DNA from: Hydrurus foetidus
Taxonomy: Eukaryota
Assembly (NCBI GenBank): GCA_900617105.1
Contig: UYFQ01000714.1
Span: 1 to 58,616, forward strand
Length of the DNA stretch: 58,616 bases
Direction: 5' to 3'
This document shows, piece after piece, positions 13,777 to 27,232 of the stretch; position 1 is the stretch's first letter, and each line of letters starts with the position of its first letter. The translations under genes were made by a program, and so were the position numbers. The notes below the pieces were generated by a model, which saw only the letters and a list, made by a program, of their open reading frames with translations, was not told the origin of the DNA and ran no database searches.

Positions 13777-14762
13777 AGGAACTTCCCTTCGTTCTGTAGT
13801 GTACGTCACCGCGGAAGAATTTGTAATTGCCTACTGTACAATATCCGTGTAAATGATTGTCAATTATTATCTAGTTCAATACTTCTAGTAAACTGTCAGT
13901 CTAGCTGACTATCGCTGTTATGTCGCATAAAATATTAGGATTTAGTCTATCTACCCATCCTGCTCTGCTCTGCTCTGCTCTTCTCCAGTGGCTTCTTACA
14001 GCACGAACCTATTCTTTAATCACCTGTAAGATGTTTGTTTATGTCGGGGATAATTATAGCTAGCCTCACCCCTCATCGCATTGATTGTACCACATCATTC
14101 CCACCATATCATATCACTTACCACGTCACTTTGTTATACGATATTTAAATCATTTCTTAACTTTCCTATTATCTTAACTTTCTTTTTCTTATTATTTCCG
14201 CCTTAATCCTAGAGCTTAATTGGAATCTCAACCAGATGCCAGCAAAAGAATCGAATGAATTGGTAATTTGATAACGAAATTACTACAGCTGTACAGTGTT
14301 CTGTGTTATGATTTCTTCTACAATGCAGTTTATTTCACAGGCGCAATCTTAGTTCCTATCTTTTAACACTGTAATATGATTCCGCCTAAATAATTTTTGG
14401 ATACTTCTCATTCTCAACGACGCATCACGCTTCAATTCTGTTATTAGTCTCCATGTAAGATACTTCGCAGTCGGGTTCCAGGATCCAGAAGATTGGCTGC
14501 ATACTGAATACTGAATATCTGAATATCAGCTGGTGGCTTATGGCTGATAGATGGCGAATAGCTTCATCCGCTCCAGATCTGTCATCTTGCTGGCCCATTC
14601 TCGCTACAATCGCTGACGCCATCTCCTTGCCGTTGGGGTAGTGAGTTGAGATCTCGATTTTCAAAAATGATAGATCAAAAACTGTTCACATAGCGAAAAC
14701 TGAAATGTGGATAACGGAAAAGTGATAAGCTCCGCAGATGAGTGCGATCTGTTAGGTGCATT

Positions 14763-16456
14763 ATGATTGAGGAGACTCTCGACACGGCCGTTGTTCCCTC
14801 CAGACCCGATGTCAAGCTCAATGCAACAGCCTACTGTAGATGTAATGTTGATGACATTGAAGCGGAAACTTGTGCAGTAGACTACCGGAATGAGATTGAG
14901 TCACAGGGACTAGTCTTTGAAGACGATTTTAGAGCTTTGCTAGTACAGGACTCTGGAATGGGGAAGAGAAGCACATTGGGGACGCTCTTCTGCTGCTGCT
15001 TCAAACCACGAAGATTTTCTTGGACTTGCAGAGTTTTCATATTCTTATTACTCGGTAGCGTCATTTTTATGTTGCTCCTGATTGCAGCACCTCATGTGTG
15101 TCTCTACACACCAAAAAGTGCAGTACCTTTGGGCGCTTACGCTCAGGGTGAGAATAGGAAAGTATTCAATATCCTGTTTTTAGGCGACTCTATGCTGTCG
15201 AAGCCAATTCAACGGTACGCCACAAAATTCCCATCACCCAGCGGGCGCTCCCATTATGAATTCCGATTACATTCGATTCCTTAAAGCCATAAGTTTCTAT
15301 TGCTGAGTCATCCAGAACATTTTGCGCACCTAAACCTGAATCATACTCTCCATATAGCACTAAATGGATACAACTTCTCGCACCTTTTTGAAGTTACAAT
15401 CTTTTGGGCAGGATAGCAGAGTACTTGCCTTCATATCGCTTCAATGCAACGGTATGACTTACTTTTTAAGTCGTCATTAAGTCTAGGAGTGAATAAGTAG
15501 CAGATAACTGGACACAATGTCATGTGTTCTGCACATTTTGATGTCCCATTCATTATATTATTTTCGCTACAACTTGCAAAAGAAATCATATATCGAGTAC
15601 ATCATTGATGATCAATGTATACTAACAGATACTTCATATGATATTATTGTGTGCAGGCAGCAGCGTACAGTGCCATTAGAATGAAAGACATCCGCAATAG
15701 CATAGGGGGCCATCTCACTCAAAGTCAGGGTCAAGGACAAGGACGAAAACCTCCTTTAGATGGCATCATATTAATGTCCAACAGCGATATCACAGACATT
15801 GTGTTCGACGCTATCACTGCCCAGAACAGAACATCCCTCCTAAGTGCGTACACAGTGGATTTACTGTACGTCATTAATGCCGCACTAAATGCCAGTGTGA
15901 ATATAGCCATTTCTTCCCCTATAGGAGCGTTGCTAGAAGGGCCCTTGGGTGCGCCAGATTCTGTCCGATTCCACAACAAAAAGGAGTATGCGAAGTCTTA
16001 CACAGCCGCTACCAAGGCAGCAGCTGAGAGTGCGGGTGCGGTGTATGTTGACATGCAGACAGCCACTCAAGCTGCTATCCCTTTCTACAGAATGTACTAC
16101 TCGGGGTGAGCACTATCATAGATGAATTCCTTTCTTCTAATTCATCCCTTCTATGCATGTCATTTATTTCTCTCCCTCTCCTTTTCTCCTCTCTTTTTCT
16201 CCCTCTCCTTCTTTCACTTCATCTCTTTTCGCCATTTTAACTTGAACTCATCTTATTGCTGTAGATGTTTTGATGAGTCACATACTGCAACTCTTGTTCT
16301 CCTGTTCTGGTCAATGATGAGTGCTAACTATCATGTTGTGTGTCTGACGGATATATGCTCTAATGTTATTTTCCCACCTACAATTATTACTTACCTCTCT
16401 TTCCACCTCCTTCGCTCCTCATCACTATGACCATGCACACTCTCTCTAACACACAC

Positions 16457-16518
<62 letters not shown>

Positions 16519-16649
16519 CATATTCTAGATGTGTCACATATGATGGCGAGCATCCGAATGTGCAAGGCACGGACATTTTCGCCAAACTGTACGCGACTGG
16601 TTCCGCGATACTTAAAAAGCAGCATCAATATCAATATACAGCTCAATAA
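14763..16649 (+). CDS. SGNH/GDSL-type hydrolase with N-terminal TM anchor (4 exons)
   Basis: Exons 14763-15214, 15394-15451, 15657-16105, 16529-16649 splice in frame. Block I ILFLGDSM, IILMSNSD, terminal DGEHPN (DxxH). Confidence 0.8.
16449..16517. repeat. (CA)n microsatellite next to an intron acceptor
   Basis: About 33 CA units. Confidence 0.95.
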
Positions 16650-17692
16650 ATAGTGTTAAAACAGGGTTCATATGAAATCAAGAGACGTTCATTTTTATGA
16701 CAACCTGACTGAACAGTTATCACAGGGTGCTGTGTTGTGGTTGTCAATCATCGTGTGTGTCTATTGTGTGGCTGTCGTGTACATTAGTTGTTGCTGTCGT
16801 TTACATGACGCCGTTTTGTCACTAGTGCGTCTCGTTTGTTTTCGTGTTTGTGTTCTTGTTTGTGTTTGTTAAGTACTGAACATTGGACTATACCGTGCTA
16901 TCATACTGTACATCCATGTCATCTATGTCAATCTCTTTCATTGCGTTCTTTTATCCACTTCAACAATTATTTCATGAAATTTATCAACAGCTAGTGACAA
17001 TAATCGTCAATAGCTTGAGCAAAGTGCCCATCATCGTAATCAATCGTCACTAAGATCTCGCGACTATACTGCGGAACAATGAACTCTAAGATCGTGTCAG
17101 TCTAGACGTAATATTATCACACGCATGCACCTCATATTGAAGTCGAAGAGGCAAATAATCTCTTAAAATCTTAGCATTGATCTAACCGACATATCATTTT
17201 TTCTGTATCTGTCGACATGCTAACCAAGTTTATCTCTTCGAGAATGACATGTTGCTGGGGTTTTGCAGCCGATACGCGCCAGATCTGTAATTAACGCCGG
17301 AAGGGTTTGGCCGGAGGCCGGAGGGGTCACAGAATTGTTCTTCAGTCTACCGTTGACAGTCACTGTGTTTTACTGTGCTGCTATGAAGCCGCTCAGATCT
17401 ATCAATCAAGTCATGGGAATCCAAAAAGTGGCAGATCACCGCATCGTGTCATAGGACGACAACTGTTACGAGGCTTTAGCAACAGTAAATAATTCAGAAC
17501 CTAATTTTTAAGCGGCATGGCCTTCAATGCCAGAATCCCAAAAAAAGCACAATCTTAACTGCGACGATTGCGCTGGAAGTAAAGCTGTCGTTACACGTGG
17601 AGGCAATTGTCATCACTCGTTGGGCTTTCAAAAAATTTTCGTTATTTCGCACCTTCTTGTCGAGTTGTTCCTGTGCTTCCTAAACCGTAATA

Positions 17693-19543
17693 ATGTCGTC
17701 ACCTCCTTTCCTATTCTTCATCGCTGCTCTTCTCATTCCTATTCTTGTACGAGGTGAGTTACCGCATCTGTCAGCTAATGACCCTAATCATATCTATCAT
17801 GAGTATCATGATGGCGGTATCTTCTAATTATGTAAAGCATAATGCATCACAGACACCAGCGCTTTCATCAGTGAGTTGTCATATGTCCGATCAACTGCCA
17901 GCATTAATCGTTTCATGAGTGGACGATCGGAATTGGACTCTTCACCATTCCCACCTAACAATGGAGTCACGGAAGCGACGTCTCAAACAGATTTGTTCGA
18001 TGCTTCAGCCTACGCAGAAACATCATCTGCACAGAAAATCGAAATGCTGTCAAGCAGGGACCCATACGTAAGTATTGAAAACGCCCCTTCAAACGGAAGA
18101 AGGATTTACACTGGTGTGGACATCATGGCTGAGATGTCATCCATTTGGGATGTCCTCACTGCTTTCGACAGACTGCAAGAGGTGGTGCCCTCCCTTGTCA
18201 AAAACGAGGTATTAGCTGAATAAAAAATCGACACCAAACATCATTTCTGCTGACAAGCGCACTCCTTAGCACCTGAATAGACATGTAGACCTCTCTGTGC
18301 TCAAACACCTTCTTCATTTCTGTCCTCTACTGTAGGTTCTGTTCCGAACCCCTGAAGGGGGAGCTCGGTTAGCTCAGGTGGGGGGGGCCAAAGTGCTGCC
18401 AGGAGTCACATTTACAGCAAAAACAGGTAACACTAAGAGAAGGTGACCCTGAATTCTCTTCTGTATCAGAGTGAAATAAGATGAAACCATGACTGATTAT
18501 CTCCACCTTATTTCAGTCTGGTGACATTCCATATTTAAAATGACATTATATTGTTAGTATTGGATGTGACGGTGTTCTCTGAGAGCAACTCAATGCCGGA
18601 TACGATGCTGACTAATAGAGAGGAAAAGATGGCAGCATTCGTTAGGGGAGTATTTCCTCGCCCTGATTCCATTCTGTGTCTGCCACATAGGTGAGCGTGC
18701 CGGTCTCTCACTCTCTATCAGCATAGTGCTTTGCTATCATATTGTGAAGTATCATGATGCCGTCAATGCCAGCAGCAAACGTTTCCCTATCATGATTTCT
18801 CTTCAGTTCATCAGTCAACACTTTCATCTTCCCACTGCAAATACAGGGATATTGCGATTCAGAATGTGCTGGGAGAGGGGGATTTCGAGCATTACCAAGG
18901 GGTGTGGCGCATGCAGTCACTTCCCAACTGCGCTCCTGACGGGGGTAACGCAGCCCGGCTAACTTATGCCGTAGAAATCAAACCCAAGGGATTTCTTCCG
19001 GTAAAAATGATAGAGGGGAGGATTGCATCCGATTTGAAAGCCAATCTGGCAGCTATAAGAGATCATGTGGAGGGTGAAGCTGACGCACAGAAGCTGCTCA
19101 AGCTGTCACAGCAATTGGAAGAACCTGAGGCCTTAATTATTGACGGTTATTCCGATATAGAATCAACGCAGCTGCAGTGCCCAACTGAAGAGCAGGATAC
19201 GGAATTAGATCCGAATTCAGCATTTCAGATGGAGGCTCAGGCTGAGACCATACCACTGAAAGCTAGTATAGATGCGTACGAAATTATGAGTTTAATGGAT
19301 TCAACTGAATCGCATATAATGACAGATACACCTCCAGCTGATGTTGAAGTTCAAGTCAACATGGCCGCGGAGCGAGCTGCTGAACTGGACGTGGACAATT
19401 TGCAGCTCATATTCGAGAACGAGAGCATCCAGCGGGTAGTGGCAGCGCTTGAGAAGGACCTTGGGTGCGCCCTCGCCAAGATTCATATGATCGGAATGCT
19501 CAGCCGAGGAGCCGTGTTGGATTCAGAGGCAACACGAGCATAA
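17693..19543 (+). CDS. SRPBCC/START (polyketide cyclase-like, Coq10-type) domain protein, probably plastid-targeted (5 exons)
   Basis: Exons 17693-17753, 17853-18208, 18336-18426, 18558-18690, 18847-19543 in frame. Signal peptide then DTSA-FIS. Motifs IWDVLTAFDRLQEVVPSL, ARLAQVGGAK, EGDFEHYQGVWRM, LTYAVEIKPKGFLPV. Confidence 0.85.
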
Positions 19544-20187
19544 CTATCAGCACTCAAGTGCTCACTGGGGACATGTTCAAAAAGCCGTACTTACAGACGT
19601 AATGACCCCCTCTTGACTTCTGCACCGAGAGCTGAGCGATGCATAGGAGAGCAGCAACCAAGCTTGGTGGTGCAGTTGACGTGACCGGAGATCAACAAAT
19701 GGAATCATTCGCAACTGCTCTTATAGTACTCGATGCACCTTGCAGCCGACGAATTTCTGAGTTCCAATGCGTATCAGACTCTTCGACGAGACGGTTCCTT
19801 GCTGTGCTGTCAGATGTGGCGCATCTAGTATACATGCGTGATATGACGGAGAGATAGCATGAAATCGAACCCCAGCAACTGGCTCCGACAGTCTGCTATT
19901 CAGCTTACATCAAGAGGTGCTGCATTCTCTTTAACGTGGGTACCTGATGAATTTCTCCGCGCACCAACGCGGACTCTTTCTCCGACTGAAGAAAATAGAG
20001 CTGAAAACTAGACATGAAGTCGGTGATGATGTATTGAAGTAGATTTTTACATTGCTCTTAGTGTTTATAATAATGTGAATAGTGTATGTAAAGTGTACTG
20101 ACAAGAATTTGAAGAAGATAGACCAAGAGAGATTGTCTCACTAATAGAACTCCAGTTATTACAATATCTGACGACTGCGCACTATGT

Positions 20188-21482
20188 CTAGTCTCCCAAA
20201 TTCGAGATTGATTCTCTGTTCTCATCTTTTTCTGAATTAAGAGGAACCTCAGGCAGCACCGCCTGCCCCATACTTCTTCACGTATTTATCCAACCTTTTT
20301 TGGTTGATTTTTTTGTCTTTTTCTATTAATCGGTCTATGAAGAGTACCTGCGAGAATGTCGAGATAAAGAGTAGGAGCTGTCACGTCAAATTTGCCTGTC
20401 TCCGGATTTGATTGTTAAGTCTTCAAATGTTCAGTGTACCTTGTCTAGATGATCGAACTCATGTTGGAACAGCCGAGCAGGCCAACCCTCTAATTTCACA
20501 CTCTTCTTCTCTCCAGTAATGCTCTGATAGTCTACTGTTATCCACGTTTGTCGGTAGACTTTGCCTCGTATAAGTGGGAATGATAAACAGCCCTCTTCCT
20601 CTAGATCTGTCACTTCCGACTGACTGGTCACTACAGGATTCACCAATATCATCTCAAACTCTTTTTGATCTTCCTCTCCTTCTTCGTTAAATACCATCAA
20701 ACGTTTATTCACTCCAACCTGCAAGTAAATGCAATAAAAATCAAGAACACTGGGCATTTAGAGTCATTCAACTTCTCTGATCAATACTGTTTCTTAAGGT
20801 CAATTTATTCGCTATTGCTTGTGGGGAGGAGGCCACAATATTTTTAACATACCTGAGGTGCCGCCAGTCCCACTCCATCCGCTGCATACATGACTAAGAG
20901 CATCTCCTTGGCCGTCTGAGCTAAGCTCTCATCGAAGACAGTGACCACTTCGTTAAATGCTCTTAGCTGAGAAAATACGATCATGCCGAAAAATGGTGAG
21001 CCAATTGATAGGTAGAGGTGATTATGGAGCACTCAGCACAGCCGGAGCAATTTTACGCAATTACAGTAGACATGGTGGAAGTCGATTAGTTTCAGTGTAA
21101 TGTAACTATAGAAAGACAGTCTAGATAACTTATTTGACGTAAATTGCTGTACCTTCGGGTTGGGATACTTCAGTATTCGAAGTTTAGTGCCCTTGATTTC
21201 ACCAGGATCAACCTTTTTAAATAATTTCGCCATGACTGTTTGAACAAATGATTGCAATTGGGCCATGATGGACAGAAATTTCGGCTGATGTACCTCTTCT
21301 GATCCCTGCAATCTTTGCTTTCTTGCAATCAAAAATCTGTTTTCTGTTGCACGTGAGATAGGTGGTCCTCTCATGCCAGTTCGTAGACCACGAACAGAAA
21401 ACCTCGCTGATGAATAAGCAACACTTCTTTTGCTTAACAGTATTAGAGATGGTACAGAAATCATCCAGAAAATGTTCGACAT
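20188..21482 (-). CDS. def: Peptide deformylase, organellar/plastid (4 exons)
   Basis: Motifs GVGLAAPQ|VG, EEGCLSFP, ARLFQHEFDHL; exons approx. 21482-21153, 20967-20853, 20718-20440, 20347-20188; N-terminal targeting extension (alternative ATG at 21521). Confidence 0.95.
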
Positions 21483-22045
21483 GCCCAATAAGAAAGAAGT
21501 TGTTTGTGAGAGGCCCAACATTTATTTCTCGATCCCAACACTTGGAGAAATTTGATGGCTCTTTAGTTCAGAGCCAGTCTCACACTAGACTGTTGAAGGA
21601 CTCGTAGAATTGATAAACTGATAGAGTCGCTGCCAGAGTTCAGATAACAACAGAGTTATCGTCGCTTTTGTGCTTCAATGTCAAGTAAGTCATCTATGAT
21701 CAGTGCTGCTACACCGCACCTATTTATCCCAGAATCTGAGGTAATCTGGGCTCCTAAAGAAGACCTAGATATTACCGTAGCAGAATAAAATATAAAATGC
21801 CCGGTGTTTAGACCGTTCCTTACGGTTTGGGATCTGAGGCTGTTCCTAACGTGACCGACGCAACAAAACGCCGGAGCACCGGAGCAAACTTGCCGCCGCA
21901 GAATTTTGCGTCCCCACCAAAATCTTCCGAATATTGATGTCGGAGAAGTTGTACCGAAGCGCCAAAGCACAGAAGCATTACAGTATATTCATACCGACCG
22001 ACATCAACGGATACTCAATCGCGAACACAGAGTACCAGCAACAGC

Positions 22046-23588
22046 ATGAATTTCCCAGACATTGATGCGAATTATGTCAACGACTGGATTACCTCCATCG
22101 ATGGAATGATATTCTCGTCGAATCTTGTCAGGAATAGAGAAACCAATCCTCCGAAACGAAAGCGTGCGAAACGAACAAGACGTGAAGAATTTGTAAATAT
22201 TGACTACACGAAAACGGCTTGGGGTATGATGATACGCAATCCTTTGGTGAAGTTTCCTGACAACCGATTCGGAAAGCAATTCAGGAGGAGATTTCGCGTC
22301 CCATTCCAGCTTTACGAAATTCTGGTTGATATATGCCGCGACCAAAACATCTTCGGTATAAAGAATACTGCTCGGGTTAAAATTCCCATCGAAATCAAGT
22401 TGCTTTGCTGCCTACGAGTTGTTGGACGTGACGATTGCTGCGATCAGATCGAGGAAATGTCCGACGTGCCTGAGAAAACAGTCTGGTGGTTTTTTAAGAT
22501 TTTTTTGAGGAACTTTCCGATAGCGCTATTTAATAAAGTTATAAAGCTGCCGAAGGAGGGTGATGAATTACTCAAAGTGATGAACGTATACCGTAAGATG
22601 GGATTTCCAGGTGCGGTAGGTAGTGTCGATGCTACGCACATTAGGTGGCATATGTGCCCAGTGGAATATGTCCATGCTGCCACTGGCAAAGAGAAGTATC
22701 CTTCTGTCGCCTTCCAGGTACTAATTCTAATCATTTCTACTAACTTGTTGTTATTACGACTGATTCTAAATTTTTAACTTATATCTGTAGTGTGTGGTAG
22801 ATCATTCACGGCGGATATTGCACGTCACCCGGGGATTCTACGGAGCTACTAATGACATGACAATAACAAAATATGATGATTTCCTAAATGCTTTAAGAAA
22901 GAGAGAAATATACCAAAATGTAACGTACGAAATAATTGATGGCAGTGGAGATACGAAAACTGTAACTGGTGTTTATGTCATTTGTGACGGTGGTTATATG
23001 AAAGATAGCTTCTTAATCGACCCTTATGCTTTTCGATCATCTCGTAGTATAATATACTGGTCTGAATGGTTAGAGTCGCTTAGGAAAGATGTTGAATGTC
23101 TATTTGGAGTCCTGAAGTCCAGATTCCGAATTTTGAGAAATCCTGTTACATTCCATACAATAGATGATATTCAGAATATTATGTTTTGTTGCTGTATACT
23201 TCACAATCTTATAGTTAGTGCAGATGGAATTGACACTGCATGGGAAGATGATGTAGCGTGGGATACATTGGAACCTGATGCTGAATTAGATGACTGTGAC
23301 GAGGACATAGTAGAAGGCCCCATAATTGCTGAGGTGATTCCTATGGCGCTTAATCATGCCACTCCATTACTGAATGATCTTCCAGTGATTTGCCAAATAA
23401 GTAGTGTATGTATGAGAAACTACACAAAGAAAAAGGAAATTTTAGTTAATCATTTCTTACATTGGTATAATCGAGGTCTTCTTTGCTGGCCTAAAAATAT
23501 GGGAGTAGTGCAACGTGGTTTACTACCTATTTTAAATGGCAATGCAGCAATAAATCGTTCAAGACAGCTTGCTGCTGATATACGATAG
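22046..23588 (+). CDS. Harbinger DDE transposase (DDE_Tnp_4/HARBI1-like), 2 exons
   Basis: Exons 22046-22717 and 22791-23588 in frame; FRRRFRVP, GFPGAVGSVDATHI, ICDGGY, RKDVECLFGVLKSRFRIL, CCILHNL. Confidence 0.95.
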
Positions 23589-23820
23589 CATTAAGATAAG
23601 CTTCATGTTTCATATTCGATCAAATCTTTTGTTAAAAATTTAATCATACGCCATTCAACAGAAGTACTTTAAGTCTTTATGAACCCTACATAATGTATGA
23701 AATTATAAAGTTAAACTATTGTATGTGAAACAAAAATAAATGTAAAGTATTGTATGTAAAACAAAAATAGATGTAAAATATTGTATGTAAAAAGCATTAA
23801 GTGAAAACGAAAATAAATTG

Positions 23821-25451
23821 TTAAACTCGAATTACCTCCTCCTCAATGCGACGTTTTCTGCTGTTCTTTTCGTAGACTTCACCCAACTCCTTGACTGCTC
23901 GTGCTAATGCCTCAGGAGGGCCATATGTTGAATAGAAGGTAATCGATTTCTCTAATTCTTGGATAACAGTGAGTGGTGGTGCAGTATGCTGGATGATCTG
24001 AATAGTGTTTACATGGAATATTGCTTAGAAAGTAAATTGCATATTTAGAATAATTAGTAATAAGAGATGCTTAACTCACATTAACCATTGACGTGTTTGT
24101 ATCAGGAGTTGAAAAACTATTTCCTTTTTTTGCTGCACTATCGGCAAGACCTTTAGATCTTGACGCTTCTCTGCGACCATCGCGTGATAGAGCCAAATTT
24201 CGAACGCTCTCAAGGTGTTCATTGATTGTCTTTTTTCCACGCTTCTCAGGATCAAATGCTGCCACGGAATTACTCCCTGTAACGCAAATATATAAACAAA
24301 ATAATGTCAATTATTAGTGTAATGCATTTAATCATTTAATTCAATTGTTATGTTACTCAATTAGTATTTAATTCAATCAAATTGTGATAATTAAAGTATT
24401 CTCACTCAGCTTAATCATATTAGTATATGAATAAAATGATAATACATTTTGATTTAATTTAGCTCTGTCTGATTAAGGGTAATACAAATTAGTAAGTTTT
24501 GTTTCATTTAAAATATTATTCAATTGAAACACATTTTGATCTTATTTGATTTCTTTTTATGTTTTTACCTGCAGGCAATCCACACAAAAAGAATACCATC
24601 CAAATTGCTGGATACCAATCCTCTTCAAATCCACTGTAGTTGAATTCTGTCAGCTTATTGCTGTTCCATGCCATTCTGCTAGCTGCGATAACATTGCTTT
24701 TCGCAAATCCAAGAAACTCTGGCATGGTACGGGATACTCGAAGAAGTCTGCTGCGCTCCAAGTCTTTCGCGTTCGCTTTGTGCAGAGTCATACGGATCTG
24801 CAACAGTACTCCTGCCAGATTTTCGCCTGATTTTGGCTCTCTGAATAGGGGATTATGCACGTTATTCACCGTTCTTTTCGTTTCTTGGTATGTCTCCCAA
24901 ACGATTTTTCCCCGCATGAGTACAGAAGATTCAGCCTCAGATGCGACAACTTTCAGAGCTTTGGAGGCAGTTCTAGTTTCCAAGTTGAATGCTTTGGTAG
25001 TGAAGTTCAGTAAAGACTGATATATGTCCTTTGGAAAGGTTGTGCCTGGTAAATGCACAAATATTCCTATGGTGTTAGCTAGCAGTGCTGCACCGTTGCT
25101 CTCAAGCAACTTCCCGTAAATCGTCATGCACTTCTGATAAATGTCGTTGAGGTTTGTGGTGGGCGAGTCTCCAATTTCTAAACCTACTAAGCAGCAAACA
25201 GTATTGAAGAAGTCTTTTTTGTACTTCTCCATCTTCGACTTGCTTTGCGTGGCTACGGTCAGCATTTTTACAGATTCCGGTTGATCCACAACATTTTCTG
25301 GGTAGCTGAGGAGTTGCAGGATCTCGCTAGACTCGGATTCTGGAGCCAAAGCATCTGCAGAGGTACTTTCTGCGACTGCTGCGGCTGATGAGGCTGGTTG
25401 CTCGTTAGAGTCCTCACTGGCAGATTCGTTTTCGTCGTAGCCTTCGTTCAT
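23821..25451 (-). CDS. Harbinger second (accessory) protein, about 3 exons
   Basis: Long ORF from MNEGYDE (25451) to about 24568, further putative exons about 24277-24080 and 23997-23821; lies inside the TIRs convergent with the transposase; no recognisable domain. Confidence 0.7.
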
Positions 25452-27232
25452 TGCGACTGCTAAGTTCTGTAGATGTTGTGCTGCAATCAGGTGCTTCGGT
25501 TGCTCCAGCGGAAATAGAAATGTCCGACGCAAATTGATTTTGCGTCGGATTTTTCGCCTGTACAGAAGTAACCAAAGCAATATTTTGCTCCGGGCGCTTG
25601 CACCAGTCATTACCAGCGGCTACTTCCTCCGCAAATGTAGCCGAAGTACCGGCGCAAAAGAAAACACCACTTAGAAGTTTGCTCCGGTGCTCCGGCGTTT
25701 TGTTGCGTCGGTCACGTTAGGAACAGCCTGAGAACTGATTTTACGTTTTTTTTTCACAGATCCGAGTTCTCAGTACCCGATCCTTACGGTCCGATGATCC
25801 AGCTTCTAAGATGTTATATTACCGTGTAAGTTGGCTACTCAACTGTAATGGGTATCGTAGACAGTGCTGAAGCTAGTGGAGTTGGAGGGGTTCTTCGAGT
25901 GTCATGAACCTTGTCTGCATACTGCACTTCGGATGATTTTTGAATTGAACTATTCCGCTCGGAGCTGACTAAGGCGTTGAGGAAACAAAATCTAGATAGT
26001 AAATTGGATGATATTTGATTGTACCCCACAAAAGTTTGCAAAGTAAATGCTTATAGTTACTGTAAGAAAATAGGCTGAATTCCTCGTTGGTCGTCCGCTG
26101 ATACTAATAAAAATTCCTGACTACTGGCAGACAGAATTCGACAAAGACAGCATCCAACATAAAGCACAACAGAAAAAATGGCAGCGTTTTCCCTGCAAAC
26201 TTAGGTTGCTATTGTTAGTGGAGAAACGAACAAAGAAACGCCGCGAAATGTCGCGGTGATAAAATGAATGACGGCAGTGTACAGAAGATCACAAATGCAA
26301 GCGGTAAAAGTCGAATGCGCTCCGAGCTCCGTAGCCACTAGTCTGGACTCCTTCTCCGCTCAGCGAAAATCGTTCGCCGCTACCCGGTCCATGTTGCTTC
26401 TAAATTCGGCTACTGAGCTTCGCGCTCCATCGTCGACGCCGCCATTTACGTCATGAAAGACTTCAAGTCAACGCCGCTCAGTAGAGATCCTAAGTAGGTT
26501 TGACAGCATTGTCACGTAAGAAACTTTTCGCGGATGTCTAGGGGTACGTAGTCAGATATTTTGAAGGCGTTTTGAGTCGATGCATCTTCAAATTCCTGCT
26601 CAAAGAGCAGAGTTCTGTCAGTTTCGTACCAGAGATGATAAGCCATCATTGCTGCGCTGCGCAGAAATCCCGCGACGCATTGTGATCAGGGTGACGGCAA
26701 GTGGTATCCTACCGCTCCAGAAGCTGTCGTCGACCTGTTTTGCTTGTAACTCGGACTCTGCAACGACTACTTACTTTCTCAGAAGTCAGCTTTCTCAGAA
26801 GTCGAGTTCTGAGAAAAAGGGCCCATTTTCTCAGAACTCGACTTCTGAAAAAGCTGACTTCTGAGAATTTTAGGTTTTTTTCTCAGAACTCAGACCGTAA
26901 GCGTCGATTTTGGGTTCTGAGAACTCAAATCAGATCTCAGAACTCAGACCATAAGGAACGGTCTTACGTATATTAAACTCCAAGTTTTTAGTGCTATCAC
27001 GTATTTTATAATACGTAAAAGCGATAATTTGAAAAATGATTCTGAGCCTTTCCTCATACTAATTTTTCAAAAATCTAGATTATTGCGCTTTTACGTATTG
27101 AAAATATACGTGTGATGAGTAACAAGTTCAATGAAGCAGTATTCATAGTCATTCAGTGTCGCATAGGATAATGTCGCTGAACAACACACCCAAAACACCC
27201 TCACGACTACCAGTAGGTGATTTCCTCAAAAG

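Larger units (their letters stand above)
21838..25728 (+). mobile_element. Autonomous PIF/Harbinger DNA transposon
   Basis: Perfect 54-bp TIRs (21838-21891, 25675-25728), 3-bp TSD TGA (21835-21837, 25729-25731), two convergent genes. Confidence 0.96.
21811..26963. mobile_element. Non-autonomous PIF/Harbinger-type element (about 1.26 kb of its own sequence), TTA TSD
   Basis: TTA at 21808-21810 and 26964-26966. After removing the inner Harbinger the left end gaccgttccttacggtttgggatctgagaactgattt matches the reverse complement of 26927-26963 at 32/37. Many tctcagaa subterminal motifs. Confidence 0.85.

Noticed and set aside
25452..25610. Upstream extension of the 364-aa ORF (MTGASARS...)
   Set aside because: Lies in the Harbinger subterminal region; ATG at 25451 is the more plausible start
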